A stretch of DNA of 64,000 nucleotides from an uncultured Kiritimatiellota bacterium (GCA_934621385.1 CAKTUI010000008.1:2455-66454); one strand, 5' to 3'; positions 1 through 9,661 are shown, counted from the first letter of the stretch. Notes: generated by a model from the letters alone, not told the origin. Numbers and translations: made by a program.

Positions 1-459
1 CGTATCTTCCCCGCCCGTAATCGGCGGAAAGGCGACATCCGAAAGCGCGGCACGACGGTAGATGTGCTCCCAGACAAAGACCGAACCCTTCGCGACCCTG
101 TTCGAATGGAAGCGCACGACATCCGCCTGCGCGGACTCAATCGCCTCAAGGGCCCGCGCAACAGCCGTGGGTGCGAGTCGGTCGTCCTGGTCGGCGAACA
201 TCAGGAAGGGCGCGGCACTTGCGCGCATCGCGGCATTCCGCGCCGCACCAACGCCTGCGTTCGTCTGAGAAAGGACGCGAAACCGGCTGTCCCTCGCGGC
301 AAAATCGTGCAGAATCTGCGCCGAACCGTCCGTCGAACCGTCATCCACAAGGACGCACTCCCAGTCGGTGAACGTCTGGGCGCGAATCGAATCCAACAAC
401 TCGACGAGATAGCACTCGCCATTGTAGACACCGACGGCAATGGAGACCCGCGCCGACAT
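1..459 (-). CDS. Family-2 (GT-A) glycosyltransferase, first 153 codons; 3' end runs off the window
   Basis: Absent from the ORF track because it has no in-window stop. My translation of the minus strand from the ATG at 459-457 gives MSARVSIAVGVYNGECYLVELLDSIRAQTFTDWECVLVDDGSTDGSAQILHDFAARDSRFRVLSQTNAGVGAARNAAMRASAAPFLMFADQDD. This is a classic GT2 N-terminus with DDGS and DxD-type motifs. The start overlaps the stop of the upstream gene. Confidence 0.8.
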   Translation of the reverse strand, partial: MSARVSIAVGVYNGECYLVELLDSIRAQTFTDWECVLVDDGSTDGSAQILHDFAARDSRFRVLSQTNAGVGAARNAAMRASAAPFLMFADQDDRLAPTAVARALEAIESAQADVVRFHSNRVAKGSVFVWEHIYRRAALSDVAFPPITGGEDT

Positions 460-1475
460 TATCCGCGCCTTCCAGCCTTCGACAGCAGGCGATCGCGCAT
501 CCGCACAAGACCCGGCACAAGGGCGTGCGGCACGAGGCGAACGACCCCCGCATACAGGCAACCGCGAATCCGCGCCCACCGCTTGGGCCAGCGCGTCCGC
601 TTCAGGTAGTCCTCATCTACAGGGAAAAGGAAGTCGCGTAACTTCATCCTGTTCTCACGGATGTAGCGCGGGAATGTCCCATCAAGGGCCACACCGAAGG
701 AACGCCCAGCGCGGCCGAAGAGGTCGCGCCCTTCCTTCAGGCGTGCCGCCAGCACGTCCAACGGAAGTCCGCTGAATTCGGAATGCGAAAACGCGGCAAG
801 TTTCGACTGAATCGCCGCGAGCCCGCCCAAGTAGGAGAAGTGCCATCCGGCCTGCGGGAGCGTCGCATCCGCCCGAAGGAAGCGCACCTTCTGGAGGGTC
901 GCGCCCTGGTTCTCGGCGGCCTGCGTATAGCGGTCAATTGGAACGCCCCGAAAGAACGCCGCGTCCCCCAGCGACCCAAAGCGAATCGCGCACGTGCCAA
1001 GCATCCACTTCGCACAGGAGAAGTTCATGAAGTTCAGGTAGAAGTTGTAGAACGACATCGCGAACCGGACGCTCTGCGCCCGCCCATCCTCAAGCAGGTG
1101 CCACGCCGCACGAACGGATTCGGGACGCGGTATCTCGTCAAGATCCGAGACCATGACGACATCCTCGGGCTGGACATCCACCAGGCCGCGTGCGAGGGCG
1201 TTGCGCTGCCGGTTCTCGTTGACCCACGGCAGGTTGAAGACATCCCGCTCGACCTCCTCCTCGGGGAGAAGGTCGTCCACAACGACATAGGTAATCTTGC
1301 CGGCAAAAGCCGAGAAACGCGCCGCGTTCTTCCTGAAGAGCAACTCCTTCGGTTTGCCCCGGTGCGTCCGCGTCGCCTCCGCAATGACAAAACGGTCGAC
1401 GACGGCGTTCAGGACATTCAGCCGGACTTCCAACAAGTCCAGTTCATTGAAGAACGTGAAGCAATCGTAGACCAT
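459..1475 (-). CDS. Glycosyltransferase family 17-like protein
   Basis: MVYDCFTFFNELDLLEVRLNVLNAVVDRFVIAEA... matches the GT17 N-terminal hallmark. The tracked ORF starts at a GTG (1505) that would overlap the ABC gene by 25 nt, so I prefer the ATG at 1475. Confidence 0.75.
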   Translation of the reverse strand: MVYDCFTFFNELDLLEVRLNVLNAVVDRFVIAEATRTHRGKPKELLFRKNAARFSAFAGKITYVVVDDLLPEEEVERDVFNLPWVNENRQRNALARGLVDVQPEDVVMVSDLDEIPRPESVRAAWHLLEDGRAQSVRFAMSFYNFYLNFMNFSCAKWMLGTCAIRFGSLGDAAFFRGVPIDRYTQAAENQGATLQKVRFLRADATLPQAGWHFSYLGGLAAIQSKLAAFSHSEFSGLPLDVLAARLKEGRDLFGRAGRSFGVALDGTFPRYIRENRMKLRDFLFPVDEDYLKRTRWPKRWARIRGCLYAGVVRLVPHALVPGLVRMRDRLLSKAGRRG

Positions 1476-1480
1476 TCGGC

Positions 1481-3472
1481 TCAGTTCTGGTGCTGCATAT
1501 CGCACAGGCGACGGTAGGCACCGTTCTTGGCATAAAGTTCGTCGTGCGTGCCGCGCTCGATGATCTCGCCGTGGTCCATGACGAGAATGAGATCCGCATC
1601 GCGCACGGTCGAAAGGCGATGTGCAATGGCAAAGACGGTGCGGTTCTTCATGAGGTTGTTGAGCGCATCCTGGACGAGCCGCTCGGTAACCGTGTCAAGC
1701 GCACTCGTCGCCTCGTCAAGAATCAGAATCGGCGGATTGCGCAAAATCGCACGAGCAATGGCGACGCGCTGACGCTCGCCACCCGAGAGGACGAAGCCCT
1801 TCTCGCCCGCCATACGAGAATAGCCCTCCGGCTGCGCCATGATGAAGTCGTGGGCGTTCGCCATCTTTGCCGCGGCAACGACCTGCTCGTGCGTGGCGTT
1901 CGGCGACCCGTAGCGAATGTTCTCCTCAATCGTATCGTTGAAGAGAATCGTCTCCTGCTGGACGGACCCGACCAACTGGCGCAAGTCGGCGATGCGCATC
2001 TCGCGCAGGTCGATGCCGTCCATCGTCACGCGTCCCGCGCTCGGATCGAAGAAGCGGGCGAGAAGCCCCGAGAGCGTCGTCTTGCCGGAACCCGTGCCAC
2101 CGACGACAGCCACCGTCTTGCCGCGCCCAATCTCGAATGTCGCGTGCTTGATGGCATCGTGATCAGCCGTCTCATAACGGAACGAGACATCCTCAAACCT
2201 GACGGCCTTGTCGAAGGTCGTCTTCGGCGCGGCATCCGCCTTCTCGGGCAGCGTGTCGTTGACATCGAGAATGGACCAGATACGCTGGAGCGAGGCCTGG
2301 GCCGTCTCAATCGAGACCTGGAGGTTGGCCATCTGCTTGATGGGCTTGTAGATGAGGAGAAGCGGCGCAAGCATCGGCAGAATGTTGGCCAGCGTCACGT
2401 GGGTGGCAAAGCACCAAACGAGAAAGGCACAAATGAGCACGATGCCAATCGTCTCGACCGTCGGGCCGACGAGCAGTCCCCAGCGCGTCGCCCGCATGGT
2501 CGTCGAGAAGAGCGTATGGTTCACGCTCTCGTACTTCTCGTTCTCATAGCGTTCGGTGTTGTAGGCCTTGACCACGCGAACGCACGTCAGAATCTCGTGG
2601 AGTCGCCCGCCAACGACAGACGTGCGCTCCAGCGTCCGACGGCTCCAGCGCCGAATGATCTTACCGAGGCCGATGACCGGAAGCATGAACGCCGGCATAC
2701 CGATGACAATCACGCCGAGCGTGGGCAGCATGTGGTTCTCAATCGCAAACCAGATGATGAAGCCGATTGAAACGACAATCTCGAATGGTGCGCGGGCCAA
2801 TTCGGCAAGCATCCCCTGAATCAGGCTCTGGACGACCTGCGGGTCGCCCGTTGCGCGGGACATCAGCTGCCCGACATCGATGCGCCCATGGAACTGCATG
2901 GACTGCCGCTGAATGTTCTTGAGGATATCCACCCGCAGGTCGGCGAGGACATGCGAGGCCGCCCAGGCAAGGCAGTACTGGTTAAGGAAGATCAGTCCCA
3001 GTCGCAGGAAGGCAACGAGTGGAATGATAACAATTGCCATCAGGAGCAACGCCCCGCCCATGCCACCGTCCTTGTCCTGAAGTTCAATGCCGAGCTTGCG
3101 GGCAATCTTCTCGGCCTTCGGGTACCAACTCGGCAGTTTTGAGGCCCGGTCGAGCTGCTTGGCAAGGCCGTGCTTCGCCTCCTGCACCACCGGTTTGGTC
3201 TCTTCGGGCGCGGCGACCTTCGGTGCGGACGCGTCCGCCATCTCCCCAGCCGCCTGGCGCTCGAACTGCTCGCGCTCGTTGGCGCTCACCTTCTCAAGGG
3301 CGGGCTGAATCGCCTGGTAAAGCGGCAGGAGCGTCCCGGCCGTCAGGATGCCGCACAGGATGCCGACGACAATCCGGAAGCGGTAGCGCCGCGCATACTT
3401 CCACACTCGGCCATAGGCCTCGCGGGCCGTGTACTCGCGGTCAAAGAATTCCTTCTTGTACGAAATGCTCAT
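1481..3472 (-). CDS. ABC transporter, fused permease/ATPase (MsbA-like lipid/polysaccharide exporter)
   Basis: 663 aa. N-terminal transmembrane domain. Walker A GGTGSGKTT, ABC signature LSGGERQR, Walker B ILILDEATS. Confidence 0.9.
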   Translation of the reverse strand: MSISYKKEFFDREYTAREAYGRVWKYARRYRFRIVVGILCGILTAGTLLPLYQAIQPALEKVSANEREQFERQAAGEMADASAPKVAAPEETKPVVQEAKHGLAKQLDRASKLPSWYPKAEKIARKLGIELQDKDGGMGGALLLMAIVIIPLVAFLRLGLIFLNQYCLAWAASHVLADLRVDILKNIQRQSMQFHGRIDVGQLMSRATGDPQVVQSLIQGMLAELARAPFEIVVSIGFIIWFAIENHMLPTLGVIVIGMPAFMLPVIGLGKIIRRWSRRTLERTSVVGGRLHEILTCVRVVKAYNTERYENEKYESVNHTLFSTTMRATRWGLLVGPTVETIGIVLICAFLVWCFATHVTLANILPMLAPLLLIYKPIKQMANLQVSIETAQASLQRIWSILDVNDTLPEKADAAPKTTFDKAVRFEDVSFRYETADHDAIKHATFEIGRGKTVAVVGGTGSGKTTLSGLLARFFDPSAGRVTMDGIDLREMRIADLRQLVGSVQQETILFNDTIEENIRYGSPNATHEQVVAAAKMANAHDFIMAQPEGYSRMAGEKGFVLSGGERQRVAIARAILRNPPILILDEATSALDTVTERLVQDALNNLMKNRTVFAIAHRLSTVRDADLILVMDHGEIIERGTHDELYAKNGAYRRLCDMQHQN

Positions 3473-3498
3473 GTATTTGCTCTTCCTTCTGAAACGGT

Positions 3499-3507
3499 AT
3501 TATATCA
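3499..3507 (-). promoter_or_regulatory. Extended -10 promoter (TGATATAAT on the minus strand) for the ABC exporter gene
   Basis: Plus-strand attatatca lies 27 nt upstream of the ATG at 3472. GAAGGAAGAG lies in the short leader. Confidence 0.45.
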
Positions 3508-3525
3508 AATCGGCAAGACGAGTCC

Positions 3526-4530
3526 TCAAAGGGCAACGAAACCGAGGTCGGACGGAATCCACCAATCGTGCAGCGACAGTTCGAACGGGAAGACCCGTAC
3601 GCCATCCGGCGCACAGTTCCGCTTGAACGCCTGCGTGAAGAACCGACGCATGAAGATGTCCAGCGTGCGGGCAATCACCTCGTCGGGGAACGCCGCGCCA
3701 AAGTGCCGCGCCGCCGCCGCACGAAGATCCTTCGTCCCCATCTCATTCACGATGAAGTTCCAGAGGAAGAAGTCGTGCAGCTCGTATGGGCCAATCTTGT
3801 CTTCGGTGACCTGTCCCTTGACGAGTTCGGGCGAAACGGGTGTCGCGATGATGTCGCGAATCGCCTGCGCCGCCTTTCCGGAGCCGTTCTTCTGCGCCCA
3901 CCAGGCGCAGACCTTGCGCACGACGGTCTTCGGCACATCCGCGTTGACTCCGAACATGGACATGTGGTCGCCGTTGTAGGTGCACCAGCCGAGGGCGATT
4001 TCGCTCAAGTCCCCCGTGCCGACGACGATGCCGTTCGTCATGTTCGCCTTGTCCATCAGAATCAGCGTACGCATCCGCGCCTGGGCATTCTCGAACGTGA
4101 CATCCGGCGTCCGCCCGTCGTGCCCAATGTCCCGAAAGTGCTGACGGCACGCACGGACGATGGAAATCGTCTCCAGTCCAAGCCCCAGTCCTTCGCACAG
4201 GAGATCCGCATTCCCTTTCGTGCGACCCGTCGTCCCGAAGCCCGGCATCGTGTAGACGTGGATGCCCTTTCGGTCGAGGTGAAGGCGATCAAACGCCCCG
4301 ACAGTCACGAGGAGCGCCAGCGCACTGTCGAGTCCGCCCGAGAGACCGATGACACAGTTGCGGCACGAAATCGCCTTCAGCCGAGCGGCAAGTCCTGCGA
4401 CCTGCTTGCGATAAACCTCGCCCGGACGACAGGGAAACGGCACCACACTGCCGCGCTTCGGCGGCTTGCCGAGGAAGGCGCGGTGGGTTGCAAGCGACCC
4501 GTACTTGTCCTTTGATGGTGTCGTCTTCAT
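3526..4530 (-). CDS. nadE: NAD(+) synthase, synthetase (PP-loop) domain only
   Basis: PP-loop GLSGGLDSALALLV. Strong resemblance to the synthetase half of long NadE proteins (TGDLSEIALGWCTYNGDHMSMFGVNADVPKT). No N-terminal CN-hydrolase domain in this ORF. Confidence 0.85.
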   Translation of the reverse strand: MKTTPSKDKYGSLATHRAFLGKPPKRGSVVPFPCRPGEVYRKQVAGLAARLKAISCRNCVIGLSGGLDSALALLVTVGAFDRLHLDRKGIHVYTMPGFGTTGRTKGNADLLCEGLGLGLETISIVRACRQHFRDIGHDGRTPDVTFENAQARMRTLILMDKANMTNGIVVGTGDLSEIALGWCTYNGDHMSMFGVNADVPKTVVRKVCAWWAQKNGSGKAAQAIRDIIATPVSPELVKGQVTEDKIGPYELHDFFLWNFIVNEMGTKDLRAAAARHFGAAFPDEVIARTLDIFMRRFFTQAFKRNCAPDGVRVFPFELSLHDWWIPSDLGFVAL

Positions 4531-5444
4531 GATTCGGAAGATGTGTCGGCCGCCGCCTGAATGGCCGCCGTCAATGCATGGCTTTCACCTGGTACGAGCG
4601 TTTTGGCCGCGCTCGGCCAGTCCGTCACAGGCTCGACGCAGACGAAGTGCTCCCAATCGTCCGCTCCGCAGTCCGCCGGTCGGTTCTCAGGGCCAGGATT
4701 CCAGACGACGGCATTGTTGCAGCCGCTTGCGACGACGGCAATGGCGCGGCGCAGCCCGGGATCCATCAGCGCGAACTCGTGCTTCGGGGTTTCGGGCAGA
4801 CTGAAAACGTGGTCGGGAGCGATGTCCATCTGGAAATCCCCCACCTGAACGGCGGAATCGCCCACACGCGCATCCACGAACGAACAGCCGTCCAGCCCGC
4901 GCACCGCCGTCGCACTGCGCTCGCGCACCAGCAGGTAGGGATGGAAACCCGCCGAAAACGACAGGGGTTCCGTCCCCGTGTTCTTCGTCGTGAGCTTCAG
5001 GTTCAGCTTCATCGAGACGGAAACCTTCAGCTCAAGGTCAAAGTCGTGCGGCCAAAGCTGACGCGTCTCATCGTCCGCCTTCAGGCCAAGCGTAATCTCG
5101 GTCATATCCTCCGAATACACGCTGCCGCGAACGGAAAAGACGCAGACCCGCGCAAAACCGTGCGTCGGCATTCCGGGCATCGCACGATTCCCGAACTGGG
5201 GCCAGCAGACGGGGATTCCCCCATGAATGGCCTCGCCCCGGTTGTAGTCGCGCTTCGCCGGGCGGAACAGCACGGGCGAGTGCCCCGTCGGACGGTAGGA
5301 GAGGACGTTGCCCCCGAGGAGGGCAATCTCCGCCACGCCGTACTTGTTGGAAAGGACGACCTCCGGGTACCCCGCAACACCCTCGTGGAAGACAATGCGC
5401 CCAGGCGCACCATACCGCCGGCTCAACTCATCAATGTTCATCAT
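4527..5444 (-). CDS. Aldose 1-epimerase family protein (glucose-6-phosphate 1-epimerase, YeaD-like)
   Basis: 305 aa with the GGIPVCWPQFG motif typical of YeaD-like hexose-6-phosphate mutarotases. ATGA overlap with nadE. Confidence 0.75.
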   Translation of the reverse strand: MMNIDELSRRYGAPGRIVFHEGVAGYPEVVLSNKYGVAEIALLGGNVLSYRPTGHSPVLFRPAKRDYNRGEAIHGGIPVCWPQFGNRAMPGMPTHGFARVCVFSVRGSVYSEDMTEITLGLKADDETRQLWPHDFDLELKVSVSMKLNLKLTTKNTGTEPLSFSAGFHPYLLVRERSATAVRGLDGCSFVDARVGDSAVQVGDFQMDIAPDHVFSLPETPKHEFALMDPGLRRAIAVVASGCNNAVVWNPGPENRPADCGADDWEHFVCVEPVTDWPSAAKTLVPGESHALTAAIQAAADTSSES

Positions 5445-5450
5445 GCGGCA

Positions 5451-5459
5451 ATTATACCA
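5451..5459 (-). promoter_or_regulatory. Extended -10 promoter TGGTATAAT placed 6 nt from the epimerase ATG (possible leaderless transcript)
   Basis: Plus-strand attatacca at 5451-5459. The ATG is at 5444. Confidence 0.4.
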
Positions 5460-6039
5460 TAATTGGCCAGCCTGCGACGCGTGTCATGTTGGGCGCAAGG
5501 GCGAACGATCGGTTCCACGGGCGGTCGAAGACGAAGATGTGCGTCTGCGTCCAGTCCGCCAGCGCGCGTAACACGAGCGGCGAATCGTCGATGGCCACGT
5601 CATATTGCCGCGCCTTCAGTTCCGCCAGCGACACCGTGCGCGGCTCGCCTGGCGTGTGCTTGTAGGCTCGCCCGTACTTGTCCACGTAGGTGACGGCAAA
5701 GTCCCCCAGCCCGACGGACGCAAGCCACGCCTCGGTCGCCCCATGGGAAAAGGCGGGACGCCCCGTCACAATGTCCACCGTATGCCCGGCCGCACGGAGG
5801 GCCTTCACGCCTTCCACCGCGCCTGGAGTCGTGGCATACCCCATCAGGCACGCGGGGTCGTGCGAGAGTTCAACAAACCGCGCCATTTCCTCATCCGTCA
5901 GGCAAAATGTCTCCTGCAGGTTGAACTGTTCCATCTGCTCGTAAGGCACGTGCCGACCAAACTCCCGCCCGGCCAATTTCGAAAGTGCCTTCGCCGTCTC
6001 GCAGAGCACATCGTCAATATCAACATAAATCCGCATCAT
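5452..6039 (-). CDS. HAD-superfamily 5'(3')-deoxyribonucleotidase-like hydrolase
   Basis: MRIYVDIDDVLCET carries the DxDxV/T HAD motif I. Start moved to the ATG at 6039, which is preceded by AAGGAG. The tracked start at 6063 is a TTG. Confidence 0.65.
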   Translation of the reverse strand: MMRIYVDIDDVLCETAKALSKLAGREFGRHVPYEQMEQFNLQETFCLTDEEMARFVELSHDPACLMGYATTPGAVEGVKALRAAGHTVDIVTGRPAFSHGATEAWLASVGLGDFAVTYVDKYGRAYKHTPGEPRTVSLAELKARQYDVAIDDSPLVLRALADWTQTHIFVFDRPWNRSFALAPNMTRVAGWPIMV

Positions 6040-6059
6040 CCAACATTCTCCTTCACTCA

Positions 6060-6737
6060 TCAATCCTGCAGCCTGAAATCAATCGGAATGCGCCGCCGAT
6101 CCTGGACGGCGCGGCCATTCGCCTTCGCCGGACGGAACTCCGCCTCGCGAACCGCCTTCAAGGCCGCCTCGTCCAATTCGACGAACCCGGACGAGACGAT
6201 GACCTCGGCCGCAACCACGCGTCCGCGCTCGCTAATTGTCACATCCAACATCACGCGTCCGTGTTCGCCGCGCTTTCGTGCCCCATTCGGATACTTGGGG
6301 CGAATGGGAACGCGGGGGCGCGGCGGTGCGTCAATTCGCGCCTGCTGGGGCGCGGGGGCAGGCGGCGCAACGTCCACCGGCTTGTGCACCACTTCTTCCC
6401 GAACCTTCATTTCGGGCAGGGGCTCGCGCTCCTCGTCCGGGCGCGGCACATCCAGTCCAACGGCCTCGGGTGCCGGCTGGTCAGGAACTTGCATCTCCAG
6501 CTCGGGTGGACGCGTCTCGGGGGCTGTCGACGGTTCAGGCGGCGCAGCATCCGGCAGTGCCGTTGAGACGGGCGCGGCGGAATCCTCCTCCTGCGCAAGC
6601 GAGAGCTCCACGCTGGAGAAGTCCAGTTGCGGGAGTTCCCGTTCGGACGCGGCAAACACAAGAAGGAGACCGACCCCTGAAAACAGTAGCGCATGAAAAA
6701 GCGCGGAAAGGAGCAGTGCTACCAGGAATTGCTTCAC
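6060..6737 (-). CDS. tonB: Energy transducer TonB
   Basis: N-terminal transmembrane helix, Pro/Glu-rich spacer, and a C-terminal TonB domain (YPNGARKRGEHGRVMLDVTISERGRV...FRPAKANGRAV). Confidence 0.85.
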   Translation of the reverse strand: MKQFLVALLLSALFHALLFSGVGLLLVFAASERELPQLDFSSVELSLAQEEDSAAPVSTALPDAAPPEPSTAPETRPPELEMQVPDQPAPEAVGLDVPRPDEEREPLPEMKVREEVVHKPVDVAPPAPAPQQARIDAPPRPRVPIRPKYPNGARKRGEHGRVMLDVTISERGRVVAAEVIVSSGFVELDEAALKAVREAEFRPAKANGRAVQDRRRIPIDFRLQD

Positions 6738-7129
6738 GGTTGACGTCCATTCACCTGAAAGCTCACCCTCTCCACGCCAGCCGACTTGAGTTCCGCCAAG
6801 AGTTCAATGCCCATCCCGAGGGACGACTTGCGGTCCCCCGAAATCAGGACGGGGCAGGAGACGTTCGCGGCAGCGAGTTCGCGCACCTTCCGGACGACCG
6901 AATCGCGTGTCGCGGGCACTCCGTTGACCTGGAGGGTGTCGTCCGCCGCAATGGTAATGACGATTCGCTCGCCCTTTTCAGGAACGCCGGCCGCCGTGGG
7001 CAGGTCGACTTTCAGCCCCCGATGGACGGCCATGTCGAAGATGCAGTAGATGAAGAAGACAAGCACCAGGAACATGACGTCCATCAGGCTCGTCATCTCC
7101 AACCGCGCACCTCGACGACGACGACCCAT
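6734..7129 (-). CDS. exbD: Biopolymer transport protein ExbD/TolR
   Basis: 131 aa. The N-terminal LMDVMFLVLVFFI helix and overall ExbD pattern. Overlaps tonB by 4 nt. Confidence 0.85.
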   Translation of the reverse strand: MGRRRRGARLEMTSLMDVMFLVLVFFIYCIFDMAVHRGLKVDLPTAAGVPEKGERIVITIAADDTLQVNGVPATRDSVVRKVRELAAANVSCPVLISGDRKSSLGMGIELLAELKSAGVERVSFQVNGRQP

Positions 7130-7495
7130 TCAGTCCTCGCTCATGCCGTCCAGCACGTTGTAGGGGAAGAGGAGAATCAGGGAGGCGATGAGACCGGCCG
7201 CCGTCGTAATCAGGGCCTCGCCGATGCCTGCCGTCGCAGACAGTGGATTCGTCACCCCATCCGCCACACTCAGGCTTCCAAATGTCTGCATAATTCCCGT
7301 CACTGTACCCAAAATGCCCAACATCGGCTCCGCCGTAATGATTGTCGAGACAATCCCGAGCCCCCGGCGCAGGCGCCGTCCACGACGGAACTCAAGGGCC
7401 TTCCAGATGAGAATCGCCAGCCCGAGGACGGAAAGCCCCAGAATCGGCCACATGACGGGGCCACCCTTCAAAAATGTCTGAACCAGTTCTTTCAT
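7130..7495 (-). CDS. exbB: MotA/TolQ/ExbB proton-channel family protein (short form)
   Basis: Contains PMLGILGTVTGIMQTF and GIGEALITTAAGL motifs. The tracked start is a GTG at 7549. A TGGTATAAT promoter lies inside that extension, so the ATG at 7495 is preferred. Confidence 0.75.
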   Translation of the reverse strand: MKELVQTFLKGGPVMWPILGLSVLGLAILIWKALEFRRGRRLRRGLGIVSTIITAEPMLGILGTVTGIMQTFGSLSVADGVTNPLSATAGIGEALITTAAGLIASLILLFPYNVLDGMSED

Positions 7496-7511
7496 GGTGA
7501 AATCGGCGCAT

Positions 7512-7520
7512 ATTATACCA
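7512..7520 (-). promoter_or_regulatory. Extended -10 promoter TGGTATAAT for exbB-exbD-tonB
   Basis: Plus-strand attatacca, 17 nt upstream of the ATG at 7495. Confidence 0.45.
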
Positions 7521-7603
7521 AATGCACCCGCCCCCTGCGGCACTTTCACCGTCAGAACCAGTCGACATTCGTCCGAGCGGCCTTCCGCCCAACGACAACT
7601 ATC

Positions 7604-9421
7604 CTACGGAGTTTCCCGAATGAGAATCGCACATGTGCGCCCAAAATGAACCTCTTTTGCTTCTTCGCCTTTCTGCCCCGACACCCACAGTTCGTCCAGA
7701 ACCAGCGTCCATCCAGGGCGAAGCTCAACTTGCGCATCCTCCGACTTCAACTTAAAGGTCACCGTCTCGTCAAGTACACCATTCCAGTCAACCGTCTTGA
7801 AGATGCGCACGATAGAGTCGGTGACATCCACCGGCCTGGGGAAACCTGCGACCGAACTGACGGGCACCGTCAGAAACCACCGGTCGCCCTTTCGCACGCA
7901 TGTCAGGGACAGGCCGTCAAGCAAGCACAACCGCGAAGCCCCGGCGATCGGGAACTCCCGAGGCGCGGAGAACCAGGCCTTCTCACAGGGCATATAAAGT
8001 CCGCGCTTTGGCGCATTCTTGCAGTGAGGGCTAATCCCAAACGCCGAGAACAGGTCCCCTTTCGCATATCCCTGCGTACGGCACACCTCTGCCGCGGCAT
8101 TCAGCACCTCCTCCGCAAACGCTGGACGATGCCAAATGTGCGGTTTCATCCGCGACCCATTATCAAACCAACTGTCCGAATCGCGCCCCCAACCAACGCG
8201 AGGGCTGAGATAGGTCAACGACCCGACGATAATTTCCGCGTCCTGTGGCGCAATCTTGACATCCGGATTGAGCGCCAACTTGCCGTCCTTGATAAGTCCA
8301 TTGCGCTCCAGGGCCGACCGGAGCCGATATTCCTGGTTGAAAATGGGAATGTCGACAATATTCAGAGGCGAGACCGTAAACACCAGCCCCGCGAGGGCGA
8401 TGAACACGAATAGCCGACGCGGATGGTGATTCAGTGCCGCGAGAACAAGTGCTACGAGTCCAATCAGCAAGGCGACCATCCCGAGAACGCGCGGGGTCGT
8501 CATACCATAGGCCCGATAGCGGATGACGACGCCCACAATCTGGGCAATGACGACGGGGAGTATCAAGGCCCAGCCCCATCGGACGACGAACCGGAAGAAC
8601 CGCTGGGTCGAATCGCGGAGCGTCAACCAGAAGAAAATGTAGACGAGCAGCGCCACCGACCCGAACCAATTCAACTTTCCGCTTGGCATCGACCACGCCT
8701 GAACGATGCGCCCCAAATAAATGTAGAGGATTGCCAGCAAAATGAGTGATGCCGGCAAAAACAACCAAAAGAGTGCTCGCGCCGCGCGCTGCGACTCATG
8801 CGAGCCTTCTTCGTCATCTCCCCCCTTTGGGAGGAATGCGAGGAAGGAAATCGTCGTGGCAAGCGGATAGACAAGCCCCGCGACATCACCCGTAAGGGAC
8901 AAGTCAACCGATGTCACGAGTTGGTCAAACGCGAAAATGCACAGGAAAAAGCTCAAGGTCAGGAGCGTGGCACTTCCGACCGAACCGATTGCCGTAAACA
9001 CCACACGCAGGAAGAGCGAGGGCTGAGACGAAATGCAGTACAGCACCGCAATGTACGAGGCGAGCATCGAAATGATGGAACCGATGTAGAGCATCATCCA
9101 CAGGCAATAACGCGGCGAATCCTCCCCGATGGAGAACCAGAACCAGCAACCGAGGGAACCGACGGCCAGCGTCACAAGGGCAACCGGCAACTGACGAATC
9201 GAGACCTTGCGCCATTCGAGCAGGAGCTGTGTGAAGACACCTGCCAAGGCTCCCCAGTAAATGCCACAAACGAGCCGAATCCCCACCGTGTCATCGACAA
9301 CGTCATGATTCATCAGAACGAAGAGCACGGACACGACCAAGGCGCAGACATAGGCACTTCCGAATCGACGGAAGCCTTCCCAAAGCCGCGTCAAAAGTTT
9401 CACAAAAAACGCCTTAACCAT
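7604..9421 (-). CDS. Polytopic membrane protein with a C-terminal soluble domain (DUF4153-like)
   Basis: About 12 predicted hydrophobic helices followed by a ~230-aa hydrophilic tail. Start set to the ATG at 9421 (MVKAFFVKLL), which is preceded by GAAAGGAG. Family name is from memory only. Confidence 0.6.
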   Translation of the reverse strand: MVKAFFVKLLTRLWEGFRRFGSAYVCALVVSVLFVLMNHDVVDDTVGIRLVCGIYWGALAGVFTQLLLEWRKVSIRQLPVALVTLAVGSLGCWFWFSIGEDSPRYCLWMMLYIGSIISMLASYIAVLYCISSQPSLFLRVVFTAIGSVGSATLLTLSFFLCIFAFDQLVTSVDLSLTGDVAGLVYPLATTISFLAFLPKGGDDEEGSHESQRAARALFWLFLPASLILLAILYIYLGRIVQAWSMPSGKLNWFGSVALLVYIFFWLTLRDSTQRFFRFVVRWGWALILPVVIAQIVGVVIRYRAYGMTTPRVLGMVALLIGLVALVLAALNHHPRRLFVFIALAGLVFTVSPLNIVDIPIFNQEYRLRSALERNGLIKDGKLALNPDVKIAPQDAEIIVGSLTYLSPRVGWGRDSDSWFDNGSRMKPHIWHRPAFAEEVLNAAAEVCRTQGYAKGDLFSAFGISPHCKNAPKRGLYMPCEKAWFSAPREFPIAGASRLCLLDGLSLTCVRKGDRWFLTVPVSSVAGFPRPVDVTDSIVRIFKTVDWNGVLDETVTFKLKSEDAQVELRPGWTLVLDELWVSGQKGEEAKEVHFGRTCAILIRETP

Positions 9422-9494
9422 ACGAAATCTCCTTTCTCCAAAGCACACAACCACAAGACACCTCCGACAGAAGCACCCCGCCAAAGCGACTCAC

Positions 9495-9524
9495 ATTGTA
9501 TCAAATGCCCCGTCCACCTGTCAA
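9495..9524 (-). promoter_or_regulatory. Sigma-70 type promoter: TTGACA, 18-nt spacer, TACAAT, with an extended TG
   Basis: The minus strand reads TTGACAggtggacggggcatttGATACAAT, about 75 nt upstream of the ATG at 9421. Confidence 0.55.
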
Positions 9525-9597
9525 AGCGGGCGGACGGAGGCTACCATAATAGAGGAATCACGGCGAACCGATGGACACCCCCTCACGAGGTCTCACA

Positions 9598-9661
9598 AAA
9601 ATGAAGCTGTTCTCTCGATCGGGAGAAGCTGTTCTCCGAGCCGAGAGAACAGCTTCATTTT
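9598..9661. terminator. 20-bp perfect inverted repeat with a 24-nt loop, flanked by A and T runs (bidirectional terminator-like)
   Basis: The arm aaaatgaagctgttctctcg (9598-9617) pairs with cgagagaacagcttcatttt (9642-9661). The loop holds a third copy of gaagctgttctc. Confidence 0.6.

Noticed and set aside
6236-8413. Very long alternative-frame or antisense ORFs in the GC-rich core: 6236-8413 (+, 725 aa), 11866-14130 (+, 754 aa), 39790-42237 (+, 815 aa), 24147-25769 (+, 540 aa), 14303-15676 (+, 457 aa), 1490-2770 (+, 426 aa), and others.
   Set aside because: All lie opposite genes with strong family motifs. Their products are Arg/Pro/His/Gly-rich low-complexity sequence with no motifs. This is the usual stop-codon-poor antisense artefact of high-GC DNA.
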